Assembly (NCBI GenBank): GCA_951406725.2
Contig: OX597818.1
Span: 141,608,001 to 141,672,000 of the forward strand
DNA: 64,000 nt
Direction of reading: 5' to 3'
Origin: Octopus vulgaris
Lineage: Eukaryota
Shown here: positions 1 to 11,268 of the stretch, piece by piece
Layout of the letters: the number at the start of each line of letters is the position of its first letter
Position numbering within the stretch: the stretch's first letter is position 1
Translations under genes and position numbers: made by a program
The notes under the pieces: generated by a model
Told to the model about the DNA's origin: nothing
Seen by the model: the letters and a program-made list of their open reading frames with translations, nothing else
The model's database searches: none

Positions 1-140
1 GACACACACAAACGTATGCACACACGCAGAAAATGACATAGATCTGTCATTTTAATGAATTTTAATACCTTTTTCTTATGATATCTGAAAAGCAACAGAA
101 ATTTTAGCAAAACATATTAAGCAACACTTATAACTAAGCA

Positions 141-259
141 AAACGCGGCCATATTACGTTGAAAGCATCGATTCTCGTCCGATCACCGAAGTTAAGCAAC
201 GTCGAGCCAAGTTAGTACTTAGATGGGTGACCGCTTTGGAAACGTAGCTGCTGTAAGCG
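141..259 (+). pseudogene. 5S rRNA-derived copy (probable pseudogene, or head of a 5S-derived SINE)
   Basis: About 119 nt matching metazoan 5S rRNA (GGCCATATTACGTTGAAAGCA...CTCGTCCGATCACCGAAGTTAAGCAACGTC...GTTAGTACTTAGATGGGTGACCGC...TGCTGTAAGC). The 5' end is diverged and there is no oligo-T terminator. Confidence 0.85.
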
Positions 260-440
260 TCACACCTAAACAGCAGTGCGTCAACATAGCCGCAGCTCTG
301 AGCTGAAACTAGAGAAAAAAACAAAAGAAAAGCTTTTGATGGTTTTATAAGCATTGCAAAATTATGATGCTATGATGCCAGGTATTTGCATTATTTTGTC
401 CAACCCCTGTATACATATATATATATATATGTGTGTGTTT

Positions 441-667
441 CTTTATTACCCGCAAGGGGCTAAACATAGAGAGGAAAAACAAGGAGAGACAAACGAAGTA
501 AGTCGATTACATCGACTCCAGTGCGTAACTGGTACTTAATTTATCGACCCCGAAAGGATGAAAGGCAAAGTCGACCTCGGCGGAATTTGAACTCAGAACG
601 TAACGACAGACGAAATACGGCTACGCATTTCGCCCGGCGTGCTAACGGTTCTGCCAGCTCGCCGCCT
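441..667 (-). mobile_element. tRNA-derived SINE, family A (Meta-like central domain)
   Basis: Minus strand reads GGCGGCGAGCTGGCAGAACCGTTAGCACG..., with B-box GAGTTCAAATTCC, central GACTTTGCCTTTCATCCTTTCGGGGTCGATAAA and tail ...GGGTAATAAAGAAA. Many near-identical copies occur in the window. Confidence 0.9.
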
Positions 668-790
668 TTTTGTGTGTGTATGTGTATATGTATTATATAT
701 AAAGAAGGAGATAAAAACAGAGTGAAAGAGAGAGTCCTATTTTCTTTTCTCGTTTCTTTTGTTTTTCTCTTTTTTGTCTCTTTCTCTCCA

Positions 791-920
<130 letters not shown>

Positions 921-930
921 TATATATATG

Positions 931-961
<31 letters not shown>

Positions 962-971
962 GTATTATATG

Positions 972-1056
<85 letters not shown>

Positions 1057-1199
1057 TAAAAAGCAGAGCTTGATGCCAGAAATTTCGACTCGACTTATAT
1101 ATAACCAACTACTCCAAATTGTTGTTAGAGTACATCAATAAGTGTTATCTGGACCGCCTAGTTTGTACTGGTATCGTGTCGTGCAAATTGTAATAATGA

Positions 1200-1400
1200 A
1201 TTTAAGCTGATATTTTGAAATCATTTGATTCGTACCTTTCAAGTCTTTCTAATATATAATAGGAAATCCATCCTTGCTCAGTTAAAATATTTTTAAAATA
1301 TGGACAGTTGATGGACATGTTTCAGTATATATGGTCAGAGCAGTAAGTCAGCTCCGAAGTCAGGTGGACGAATATATAGAGAGAGGGAGAAAGAAGGGAG
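1200..1400 (-). mobile_element. Inverted diverged copy of the 1530-1905 Penelope-like non-autonomous element
   Basis: The reverse complement shares GACTTACTGCTC..ACCATATATA.TGAAA....CCATCAACTG and GAAAGGTACG with 1560-1690. Confidence 0.6.
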
Positions 1401-1529
1401 ACGGGGAGAGAGAGAAGGGAGATGGAGAGAAAGAGACAAAAAAGAGAAAAAACAGAAAAATGGGGAAAAGAAAAAGGGACACTTTCTCTCTCTTTCTTTC
1501 ACTCTGTTTTTATTTCCTTCTTTCCTCTT

Positions 1530-1905
1530 CTCTTTAGATATTTATCCTCCTAACTAACCGACTTACTGCTCCAACCATATATATTGAAATACTCCCATCA
1601 ACTGGTTCAGTTAAACATTTTAACCGAAGAAGGTTATGCGTAAAGGGTGTATTTCTTACAATATCTTACCCAGACCTGAAAGGTACGTATTAAAATATTT
1701 CGATTAACTTCATTATATAGTAAGTATCATATTTAATATTTTATGGCTCGGTCGGGTATAATGTTGATTGAGTTGAGGGTGGTGCTGTCTCTAAAACTAC
1801 TTTTACATCATATATATAAATGAAATATTGAGAGAAGTTCACTTTAGTATCTTTAATTTGGATATCTCATTCCTGTGTACTCGGAATAAATATTCTCTAA
1901 TAATT
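1530..1905 (+). mobile_element. Non-autonomous Penelope-like element ending in (TA)n
   Basis: Carries a hammerhead-like motif, has an inverted partner upstream and runs into a TA/CA microsatellite. Confidence 0.5.
1617..1696 (+). ncRNA. Type I hammerhead-like motif (core CCGAAGA)
   Basis: ATTTTAA-CCGAAGA-AGGT...ACCT-GAAA-GGTACG-TA-TTAAAAT. Stem I is a perfect 7 bp and stem II is 4 bp; deviations are U4->C and a G:G mismatch in stem III. Confidence 0.6.
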
Positions 1906-1906
1906 A

Positions 1907-2000
<94 letters not shown>

Positions 2001-2002
<2 letters not shown>

Positions 2003-2155
2003 CAATTGCAGTGTGGGAGGTGTTTGTAAGCCATTTAAGAAACACACAAAAGCCGTTCGATTCACTTCAACATTTAAGTTTAATTTGTCAAAATATTTTC
2101 GTCGCTTTAAGACCGCGACATGTTCACTGACAAATATTCGTGCTGCATCCGTGAA
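2001..2155 (-). mobile_element. Penelope-like pseudo-LTR fragment abutting (TA)n; same family as 58539-58760
   Basis: The reverse complement matches 58580-58695 (GTCGCGGTCT.AAAGCGACGAAAAT.TTTTGACAAATTAAA.TTAAATGTTGAAGTGAATC...). Confidence 0.7.
2083..2135 (-). ncRNA. Type I hammerhead-like motif with G3:C8 core (GUGAACA)
   Basis: Minus strand: ATTTGTCA-GTGAACA-T-GTCGC-GGTCTTAAA-GCGAC-GAAA-ATAT-TT-TGACAAAT. Stem I 8 bp, stem II 5 bp, palindromic stem III (AATATT). Confidence 0.65.
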
Positions 2156-2164
2156 TATATTAAC

Positions 2165-2425
2165 CCCAGTAATTTTTTAAGCCTGGTACTTATTCCACGG
2201 TTTTTTGTGGGTTTTTTTTTTTTTGCCAAACTGCTAATTTACGGATACGGATACGTAATTTACGGATACACTAGCATCGGTTGTCAGGCGATGGTGAGGG
2301 GAGACAAACATAGACACACAAACCACACGAACACATTTATGTGTGTGTGTGTGTATGTATGTGTATGTGTGTGTGTGTATAAACACACGACATATATACG
2401 ACAGGTTTCTTTCAGATTCCGTCTC
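2165..2425 (-). mobile_element. SINE family B remnant
   Basis: Degenerate match to the body and 3' half of the 27486-27925 element (GCATCGGTTGTCAGGCGATG...ACGACAGGTTTCTTTCAG). Confidence 0.7.
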
Positions 2426-2431
2426 ACAATG

Positions 2432-2465
<34 letters not shown>

Positions 2466-2499
2466 TGTTGCCGTAATGAAGTCAAACCAAAGAGTGATA

Positions 2500-3400
2500 T
2501 ACATATATACATATAAGTCTTCCTATTTGGGATCTCCTGTAACATTGTCGACATTTTTAGATTTTCTACATAGAGAAATCAATATTAGGATAATCAAATC
2601 AATCACAATATTTGGAAAATTTTCAAAAAGTACATGCAAGGATCAAATATTCAATAGAAACACTAATATCACTATCTATGACGCGCGTGTCCTTAGCACG
2701 TTGCTGTATAATTTCAAATTATTCCGTCCGGGTTGCGGATCCGTGGAATAAGCTGCCGGACGAGATAGTGAAGATGCCGACGACTGCTTGGTTCGGAGTC
2801 TTTCTTGACCAGAAATGGCCTGAACTCTTTGTATGACCACCCTCCCTGTACATAACTCCCTGTCCCCCTACATGGACTTGCTTTTGCTTTTTTTAGCCAA
2901 TAAAAATTGAATTGAATTGAATTGAAAACTTGAAAAATCATGGACTACTTTCTCAAAATGCGCGCAAAAACTGAAGAATTGTGTAAAATCCTAAACATCT
3001 CATAGTAAGATAATATTCTCATAATCAAATCGATGCTGCTAGTGAAACTGCTCAGTATGGTATAATTCCTATCTAAATGATGACATGATAATTAGGGTAT
3101 GTTAAGCTTCTAGAAGACAGCAACATTACAAAATAGTTGATCATCAGTAAACTCCCTGTAAAGCGAAGAAAAAGAATTTCCCATCCGTGTTTTAAAAGTA
3201 TCCATAAGAGCAACTTAACGTGTGCCGTATAGATCTTAAGAAATAACATTTTGTTAGTAACGGAACAGCTAGAAGGATAACAGTTGACCAAGGCGTCGTT
3301 ATGGAACAGAAGACAAATACTGCTTACCAGTTGAAATGTGAAGGTAGACAAATGTAACCACTGCAAACGAGAAGCATTTCATTGAGTTGTGGTTCCAGTT
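2500..3400 (+). mobile_element. Degenerate RTE-like LINE ORF2 remnant
   Basis: Fragmentary peptides YLGS...EINIRI...FGK and VLSTLLY; interrupted by a younger LINE 3' end. Confidence 0.5.
2721..2926 (+). mobile_element. CR1-group LINE 3' end
   Basis: Peptide SVRVADPWNKLPDEIVKMPT...LDQKW, then stop, short UTR, AATAAA and an (ATTGA)n tail. Confidence 0.8.
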
Positions 3401-3784
3401 GCTGAGCTTCAGGTAGCAACACCGGAGAGTTTAGTCATTCATAAGAATTAGCTACAAGAAGTTGTAAGATTTTGTTTTGTATAGTGTAACCTGATGCATA
3501 TATATATATATATATATACACCATATATATATAATATACGGCTATATGTATATTTGCATAAACCCCCCACACACACGTGAACACATATACACGAATGTAT
3601 GTGTATACATATGTATATATATGCGTGTGTGTATACACACACGTATATATATATATATATGCGTCTGTGTGTGTATGTATATATACACATATGCACACAC
3701 ACGTTTATATGTAAATATCTATGCAGGTACAAGTAGTTTCTTTAATACGTGTATCTGTAAATTCTTCCACAGGCAAACAGACAG

Positions 3785-3982
<198 letters not shown>

Positions 3983-5135
3983 CATTTGTCGCCTGCCAAG
4001 ATAGAATTTGAATACAATGAATATACATAAGCTGATTCTTATTAAAAAGCATAAATGAATATCAACATACACATTTAAACATAAACATACGTACGCACAT
4101 ACGTGCACACATGCAGAACTATACAAGCATACATAAATATGCCTATATATCTATGAATGTAGACACACACACACACACACACGCAAATCTCATTTTCATA
4201 ACAGCACAATATTGCTTCCACACATTGCCGTTAATCCTTCCACGACTAAAACCCTTTTGTTTTACGTTTGTTTTAATGGAATCTATATCCATCACTATTC
4301 TTCCTATAATCATTCCATTGCACTCTTATTGTCTCTTTAATCCCTTTTATATCTCTTAGTGTCTTACTCGATCTCTCCCACTCTCCTTTCTTGTATTTCT
4401 CTATATATCATTCTACCCCTCCTTTATTGTATCTTGTTATCTTTCCCTCTCTTTCTCTCTCACCCTTTCTCGTGCGTTTTAAACAATCCTTCATTAGTTG
4501 AGTTCTTATTATTCTTACTCTCTCTCATTATCGCTAGTCTTTCCCTCATTCTTTCACTCCATCCCTCCTTATTTTCTTTTTCCTCTTATATTCCACACTA
4601 TATGCTTCTACTCTCCCTCATCGTCTCTCATTATCTTACTATATCTCACCCCTTTTCTCTCCATCTCAACCCTTTTTCACACTTCCTCTCTCTTTTTCTC
4701 TATTTACCCTTATCTCTAACCTCCCACTTTCACTAGTTCTCAAATTCACTCCCTCTCTCTCTCATCTTCTTTATCAATAATTATCTCTCTTCCAACACTC
4801 TCCCTCTCTCTTTTCCTCCTTAATTCTCCTCTCCTACCTCCACCCACACAATATTTGTTATTATATTTCTATACTCTATAACCAACAACTAAATCTTTCA
4901 TGTCAATATCTGATAAACCGTCAATGGTTTGTTTGTTTGTTTGTTTTTGTTTTTGTTTTTTTTTAACGCGGGTTTTTCTTTTTTTTTTCTTTTTCTCAAT
5001 ATTTCTGAATTGTGGAATGAGACCACATAAGACAATAATACAAATAATTGCTTGATGATGAGGATGACGATGATGACAATAAATATCACAATCAGAATAA
5101 TCATCATCACCAACATCTTGATCGTTGACGTCACT

Positions 5136-5154
5136 ATCATCATCATCATCGTCG

Positions 5155-5190
<36 letters not shown>

Positions 5191-5203
5191 CCACCACCAC
5201 CAC

Positions 5204-5259
<56 letters not shown>

Positions 5260-5296
5260 CCATCACCATCATCATCACCATCACCATCACCATCAC

Positions 5297-5334
<38 letters not shown>

Positions 5335-5347
5335 CCACCACCACCAC

Positions 5348-5403
<56 letters not shown>

Positions 5404-5434
5404 CCATCACCATCATCATCACCATCACCATCAC

Positions 5435-5472
<38 letters not shown>

Positions 5473-5485
5473 CCACCACCACCAC

Positions 5486-5544
<59 letters not shown>

Positions 5545-5575
5545 CCATCACCATCATCATCACCATCACCATCAC

Positions 5576-5610
<35 letters not shown>

Positions 5611-5623
5611 CCACCACCACCAC

Positions 5624-5658
<35 letters not shown>

Positions 5659-5680
5659 CCATCATCATCATCACCATCAC

Positions 5681-5729
<49 letters not shown>

Positions 5730-5730
5730 G
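5136..5730. repeat. (CAT)n microsatellite with ~138-144 bp higher-order periodicity
   Basis: The marker CCCCACCACCACCACAAT recurs at about 5189, 5333, 5471 and 5609. Confidence 0.9.
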
Positions 5731-6414
5731 TTGTAATCATTATCATCATTGTGAATATAAAGATGATCAAAACGAAAGAAGTACCACTCAGATAATCAGA
5801 GCGAGTATATTGTGTATTCATAAATATATGCATAAAACCACACGCATATGCATATGTGTGTGTGTTTGTTTAATATGTATATTTACGTGTATCTATATGT
5901 CCATATACATAATACATAAATACATATATACGTACATACATAGAAGCATAAACATACATGGATTCTGCATCTTGTGTGACCATAGATCACTACCTGGAGA
6001 ATATTCTGCCAAGAAAATATGTAGGCAAGGCGTAATTTTGTAATTAAGAGCAGCGGTTCTGCAGCTCTCATATATGCAAGTCTCTTCTGACCATGTACCC
6101 AATGTTCACGAATAAAACAACGTTGTGGCTTGGCGTACGTACTCTCACGAACTAGCTCCAGTTTGTTCTAGCTATTGGATTTGTTGGGTATATAAACAGA
6201 TTGCCCGCTTATTTATCTGGCAGTAGTCAAGATGATGTGGACACCTCGGATGAGAACTCAATAAAGTTCGAAAATCGAATAAGGCTGTTCATGATTTTGC
6301 ACAATCTGCCGAGAACTAGTTAAATTTGCCCCGTTTATATATCTGCTACACAGGTTATACATATAGAATTTCTTTGTATATACCTTTGCATATACCTTTT
6401 TCTTTGTATATACC

Positions 6415-7170
6415 AAAATTGCTACTCAGAGTTTCACATACCCGTTCGTCGAACAGCTGTGATGAATACTGAATTAAAATCAATCGTGATAGTACATCTT
6501 TATATATAAAAGTCAAGTTGTGTGTCTGTCTCCTACGATTTAGATTCCTAACTACTCCCAAATTTTGCGGTGCAGTTTAACCAAAACCGGGTATCTTATA
6601 GTCGTGATTCATATCGAGCCCTTCTGGGTATTAGCGCGCGTCTACAATGAGTCTACGATTTAAAACAAAATTTACCATCATTTTTTTCCATTTTAATGCA
6701 TTTTTTTTCGCTATTATATAAGGGAAGTAACTCTCTAAAAATGTCTACGATGAGTCAACGATTTTTAAAAAAAATTACCATCATTTTTTTCCATTTTTAG
6801 TGCATTTTTTTGCTATTTTTTGGCTATAACTCTCTAAAAATGCTTATATAGTTATTTCCCTTACAAACCCGAGCAACGCCGGGCGATACTGCTAGTGTAA
6901 TATAATATGATATAATATAATTCGATTCATCGAACAAGCATTTAAATCTGATTGGGTTGCTGGTTTTCAAAACATAACGGTCTAGTTATGTTCGTAACGA
7001 AACCTACACTGTTATATTCTGAAAATCAACCACCGTATCAAATTTAAATGCTTATTCCTTTACTTCAATCATAGTATATCAAATTATATTACATGTACCA
7101 TCACGACTTTAATACAGTATTCATCCCAACTGTACAGCGAACGGGAGCTTGAGACTATAAGTATCAGTTT
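6415..7170. repeat. Long imperfect palindrome (inverted Penelope-like termini) with degenerate hammerhead motifs in both arms
   Basis: 6415-6496 plus 6896-6990 pair with about 7000-7170. The minus strand of the left arm reads TCGACGA-ACGGGTATGT-GAAA-CTCTGAG-TA. Confidence 0.6.
6497..6895 (+). mobile_element. Non-autonomous Helitron
   Basis: 5' TC-TTTATATATAAAAG, subterminal hairpin CCCGAGCAACGCCGGG, 3' CTAG; inserted between A and T with no TSD. Confidence 0.88.
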
Positions 7171-7326
7171 TCTGAACGTTCTGTAGCTTTTATAAAGTAT
7201 GTATACGTATATACAGTCTGTTACCCGAAGCCCCTCGGCGTTCCGATTTTAGTACGCGTGCCATCAACTCGTATAATAGCGAAACTAGTAGTATAAAACG
7301 TTTAGTAAAATAGAATATTCAGCAAT

Positions 7327-7409
<83 letters not shown>

Positions 7410-7744
7410 AAAGTAAGATAGGGGTTATGAGGGCAACCCAGTATGGGATATCAGTTATCCAATATACTGCTGGTGAAGCACCCAAATACTAAATACATAA
7501 ATGCTTATAATTGCAATGCAATTAATTCATTTATTGTATTGGATGGGTGAAGGTAAAATATTTTACCGTAAATTCATAATACAAATAAGAAAATGTATTG
7601 TGAATAGCAGAATACACATAATCTAATATTAATAATAATAATAATATTAGTAATTAATGAATATTATATATGTACTCATGGATATGGATGTATATGTATA
7701 TTCCAGTATATATAATTAATTATCTATAACCTTATGTGTATGTA

Positions 7745-7802
<58 letters not shown>

Positions 7803-7804
7803 TG

Positions 7805-7848
<44 letters not shown>

Positions 7849-7922
7849 CGTGTGTGTATATTCAAATGTGTGTGTATTTTGTTTCATATTTATATTTATA
7901 TTTTTATGATTGTACTTTATAA

Positions 7923-8048
7923 TCTCTGACAAGGCCTTGAGATATATTTATATAAGTATCTCATTTTCAACTGCCTATTACCTCAATACATTTGACTAAT
8001 ATAGGCAGAATAAAATGCTTTTATATATGGGCTGAAACAGCTGTAAGG
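7923..8048 (+). ncRNA. Degenerate hammerhead-like motif in a (TA)n-flanked element
   Basis: CTGACAA-GGCCT...(~90 nt)...GGGCT-GAAA-C-AGCT-G-TA. G8->A without compensation, so likely inactive. Confidence 0.5.
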
Positions 8049-8217
8049 AGCAGTTTATTTGTATTAGTCTTATGGTATTATTAATTTGTATATTGATGTA
8101 TATTGTTTTGTTCGGTTTTCATATTCCTATTTATATAATTAATAAATAATATGAAATGGTAATATCTGTAAGTTGATGATTGAAATGAATTTGTTCCTCC
8201 ATTTTCTTATTTGTATT

Positions 8218-8262
<45 letters not shown>

Positions 8263-8304
8263 ATTATATATATAAACTATATATATATGTATATATATAA
8301 TTAC

Positions 8305-8370
<66 letters not shown>

Positions 8371-9457
8371 GTTAATTTTGTCAAGCTCCCTTTTCAGTTT
8401 GTAATTATATCCCCATATTGTACTGAATGTAAAGTAAATGTAATAAAATGTTTTAAAAGAAATTTAAAGTGCCTACGCGATAACTGTTAACCTAATTTTG
8501 GGCCATCTTTTATATACATATATATACATACATACATACATATATTTAATATTTACATATGTATATACATACATATATGTGTGAATGTATACAAGTATGT
8601 ATATATGTATGTATACGTATATATGAATATACTATATATGTGGGTGCATATATATGTGTGTGTGTATACACACGTGCGCAGACAAACACAATCATATATA
8701 TATATATGTGTGTGTATGTATGTGTGTATGCATGTATGTATGTATGCATGCATGCATGTATGTGTCTCTATGTAGAATGAGAGAGGGAGAGCAAGAGAGA
8801 GCAAGGGAGAGAGAGAAAGAAGGAGAGTGGGAGACAAAGAGCAACAGTCATGTAGAAACATTTGTTGTTTTAGTCGTGCAACCTCGTCCTTTATGGAGCA
8901 AATTATTTATCAAAGACATTCCAGCCATGACCATCTTATCCTCGATATATATAAGATTAACAGACCCAGTATATTGCTACTTTCTTAAGATAGCGGTCTG
9001 TGTGTGAGATATGGCTGCTATTTCCAAAGAACTTCCTACCACGTAGTATTCATTCGTTGTACCTATAGAAATTAGACTGATTATCTATGAATACGTTTTT
9101 CAGTTAATGATTCGAGCTAATTATACTATTTAATTAATTGATTTCCTTTCAACTTCATAAGTTTTCTTTTAATATTTATATTTTGTTTCAATTTAAATTT
9201 CATATATTTTCACTGGTGCACAAACATTGATTGAACTCCAAAATAATATGTTTACAATTTTAAATAAATTGTTTATTGCTTTCGCACAAAGCTAATCTGA
9301 GATAAAACAAACATTGAGAGCCCAATGTAATTGTAATGAATGTCTCCATTAGTAACAGGATTTTTTGAAAATATATATACAGTTTAAATACATAGAGACG
9401 TCAACAGAGTATAAGCGGTCTCGAAAACATGAGCCAAATCTTCCTCAAATCGTGCCC

Positions 9458-10620
9458 CAGAGTAAATCAAAAATTATACGCATCCTTGCTTCTATAATTT
9501 ATGAAAACAATATCAGGGATTGAAAAATTACATCATTTTTCGCCATAGTCTCTACTTTTCGAAGCACTTCTTCCAGCAGTCTACAGGATTGCTTATTCCA
9601 TCAGAGAAGAGAGTTTACAGCTGGTTTTGTAGCCAGTGATACATTGCTTCCTGCTCTTCTTAGTCTGCAGGAAATAGATGAACACGTAAAGGATGTCTGA
9701 GCGATTCAAATGGCTGATAGTCGGAAGGGTCGAGATCGTGACTGTATGCGGAGTGTTCCAGCAACTGGAAACCGAATTTTTCAATTATTTCAACGATGTT
9801 GGGCGGCCATATGTGGGCAGCCGTATGTGGGCAGCCGTATGTGGGCAGCCGTATGTGGGCAGCCGTATGTGGGCAGCCGTATGTGGGCAGCCGTATGTGG
9901 GCAGCCGTATGTGGGCAGCCGTATGTGAGTGTAGTAAAACATTAGCACTTGATTTGACAACAGACCTCAGCGTTTGGTGTGAATTGCTGGTTTCAGCTTG
10001 TTGGTCAGTATTCCACTGTAGCCTACACTGGAGACTGTAGATCTTTCTTCCAGGTAAGGTTTCAGTATAGGCCCTTTTATGTCCCAAAAAACGGTTAGCA
10101 TCACTTCTGTGGAAGGTTGAGTCTTGAATTTCTTTTTCGCTGAAGATATCCTGTGTTTCCATCCCATACTCTACCTTTTAGATTCTGACACAAAGTGATG
10201 GACACAAGTCTCATCTCTTGTGACGACTCTGTTCAAAATATTTTCGCCATCACCGTTACAGCGGTTGAGTAAGCGTTGATAGATTTCCACACGGTTGCAC
10301 TTATGTGCTTCGCTAATTTCTCTTGGTACCCATCTTGTATTGACAGTACGGAAGTGAAGCTTGTTGTGGATGATTTCTTATGCAGAATCCTGATTAATTG
10401 CAGAGAGCATACCACCTCGATTGCAGCTGAACGCTATCACCATATTGTACTGAAAGCCTCCGCTGAATTTCAGCCCCGATACACCTCTAGACCAGAGAAA
10501 TCGGATCAGTGATCTTTGTTCTTCCTTGGTGCACACTGCCAGTGGAACGGTCATGTTCACTCTGTAACACAACAAAGAAAAGTTCTGGCGAAAGAGCGGA
10601 TAATTTTTGACTTCCCATTA
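9458..10620 (-). mobile_element. Tc1/mariner transposon, degraded transposase
   Basis: Peptides EEQRSLIRFLWSRG, SMGWKH and KFKTQPST.VMLTVFWDIKGPIL. The degenerate TIRs share TCAAAAATTAT(A/C)CG at about 9468 and 10598-10611. Confidence 0.85.
9801..9926. repeat. 14-bp minisatellite (GGGCAGCCGTATGT) x9
   Basis: Direct reading; lies inside the mariner ORF. Confidence 0.95.
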
Positions 10621-11089
10621 TAGTGATTGATGTAGACGATATCTGTAAAAGAAGAAAGCCGTAAAGATTACTACAGAAATATTATCCCTCATAAGTTTTT
10701 TTTTTAATCAAGGCCGATATGTGGCTAAACAGCTTGAAATTCATTGGCTTCGCATCCCCATTTTTATATATAATTTTTTTCTCTTTTTGTATTTTCTTGG
10801 TTTTAATTTTGTTTTGTTTTCCTACAAAACTAATTTATTGAGAAAAGATAAACATATTTTGTAGTAAATTTTAACAAAAATCATTATCTGCGATAACATC
10901 AGACAGATAACAATTTTCTTTTAACCTGTCTTTTCGTTGGATTGTTCTCAAATTTCTGCTATGGAAATCCACATGTCACAATTGTTACTGGTCCAGATTT
11001 TGTACAGCTACTTAACATTTATAAAAAGTTCCTGACTGAGTACGTGTCTCCATCACTGAGAATTCATGACCAAAATTTCACAGATTATA

Positions 11090-11268
11090 TTGGTTTCAAA
11101 TTTTGGCAACAGGTCAGCAAGTTCAGAGGAGGTTCATGTCGATTACATTTTCCCCAGTGCTCAACTGGTACTTATTTTATCGACCCTGAATAGATAAAAA
11201 GCAAAGTTGACCTCAGAACATAAAGCATTTTGCCCGGCGTGCTAACAATTCAGCCAGCTCGCCGCTTT
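11090..11268 (-). mobile_element. Degenerate SINE family A-related copy
   Basis: CCCCAGTGCTCAACTGGTACTTATTTTATCGACCC...GCCCGGCGTGCTAAC...GCCAGCTCGCCGC. Confidence 0.75.

Noticed and set aside
4898-5833. Poly-Met, poly-Ile and poly-Ser ORFs of 200-310 aa
   Set aside because: Artefacts of the (CAT)n array.
9801-9926. CRISPR-like array
   Set aside because: Contiguous 14-bp units with no spacers, in eukaryotic context.
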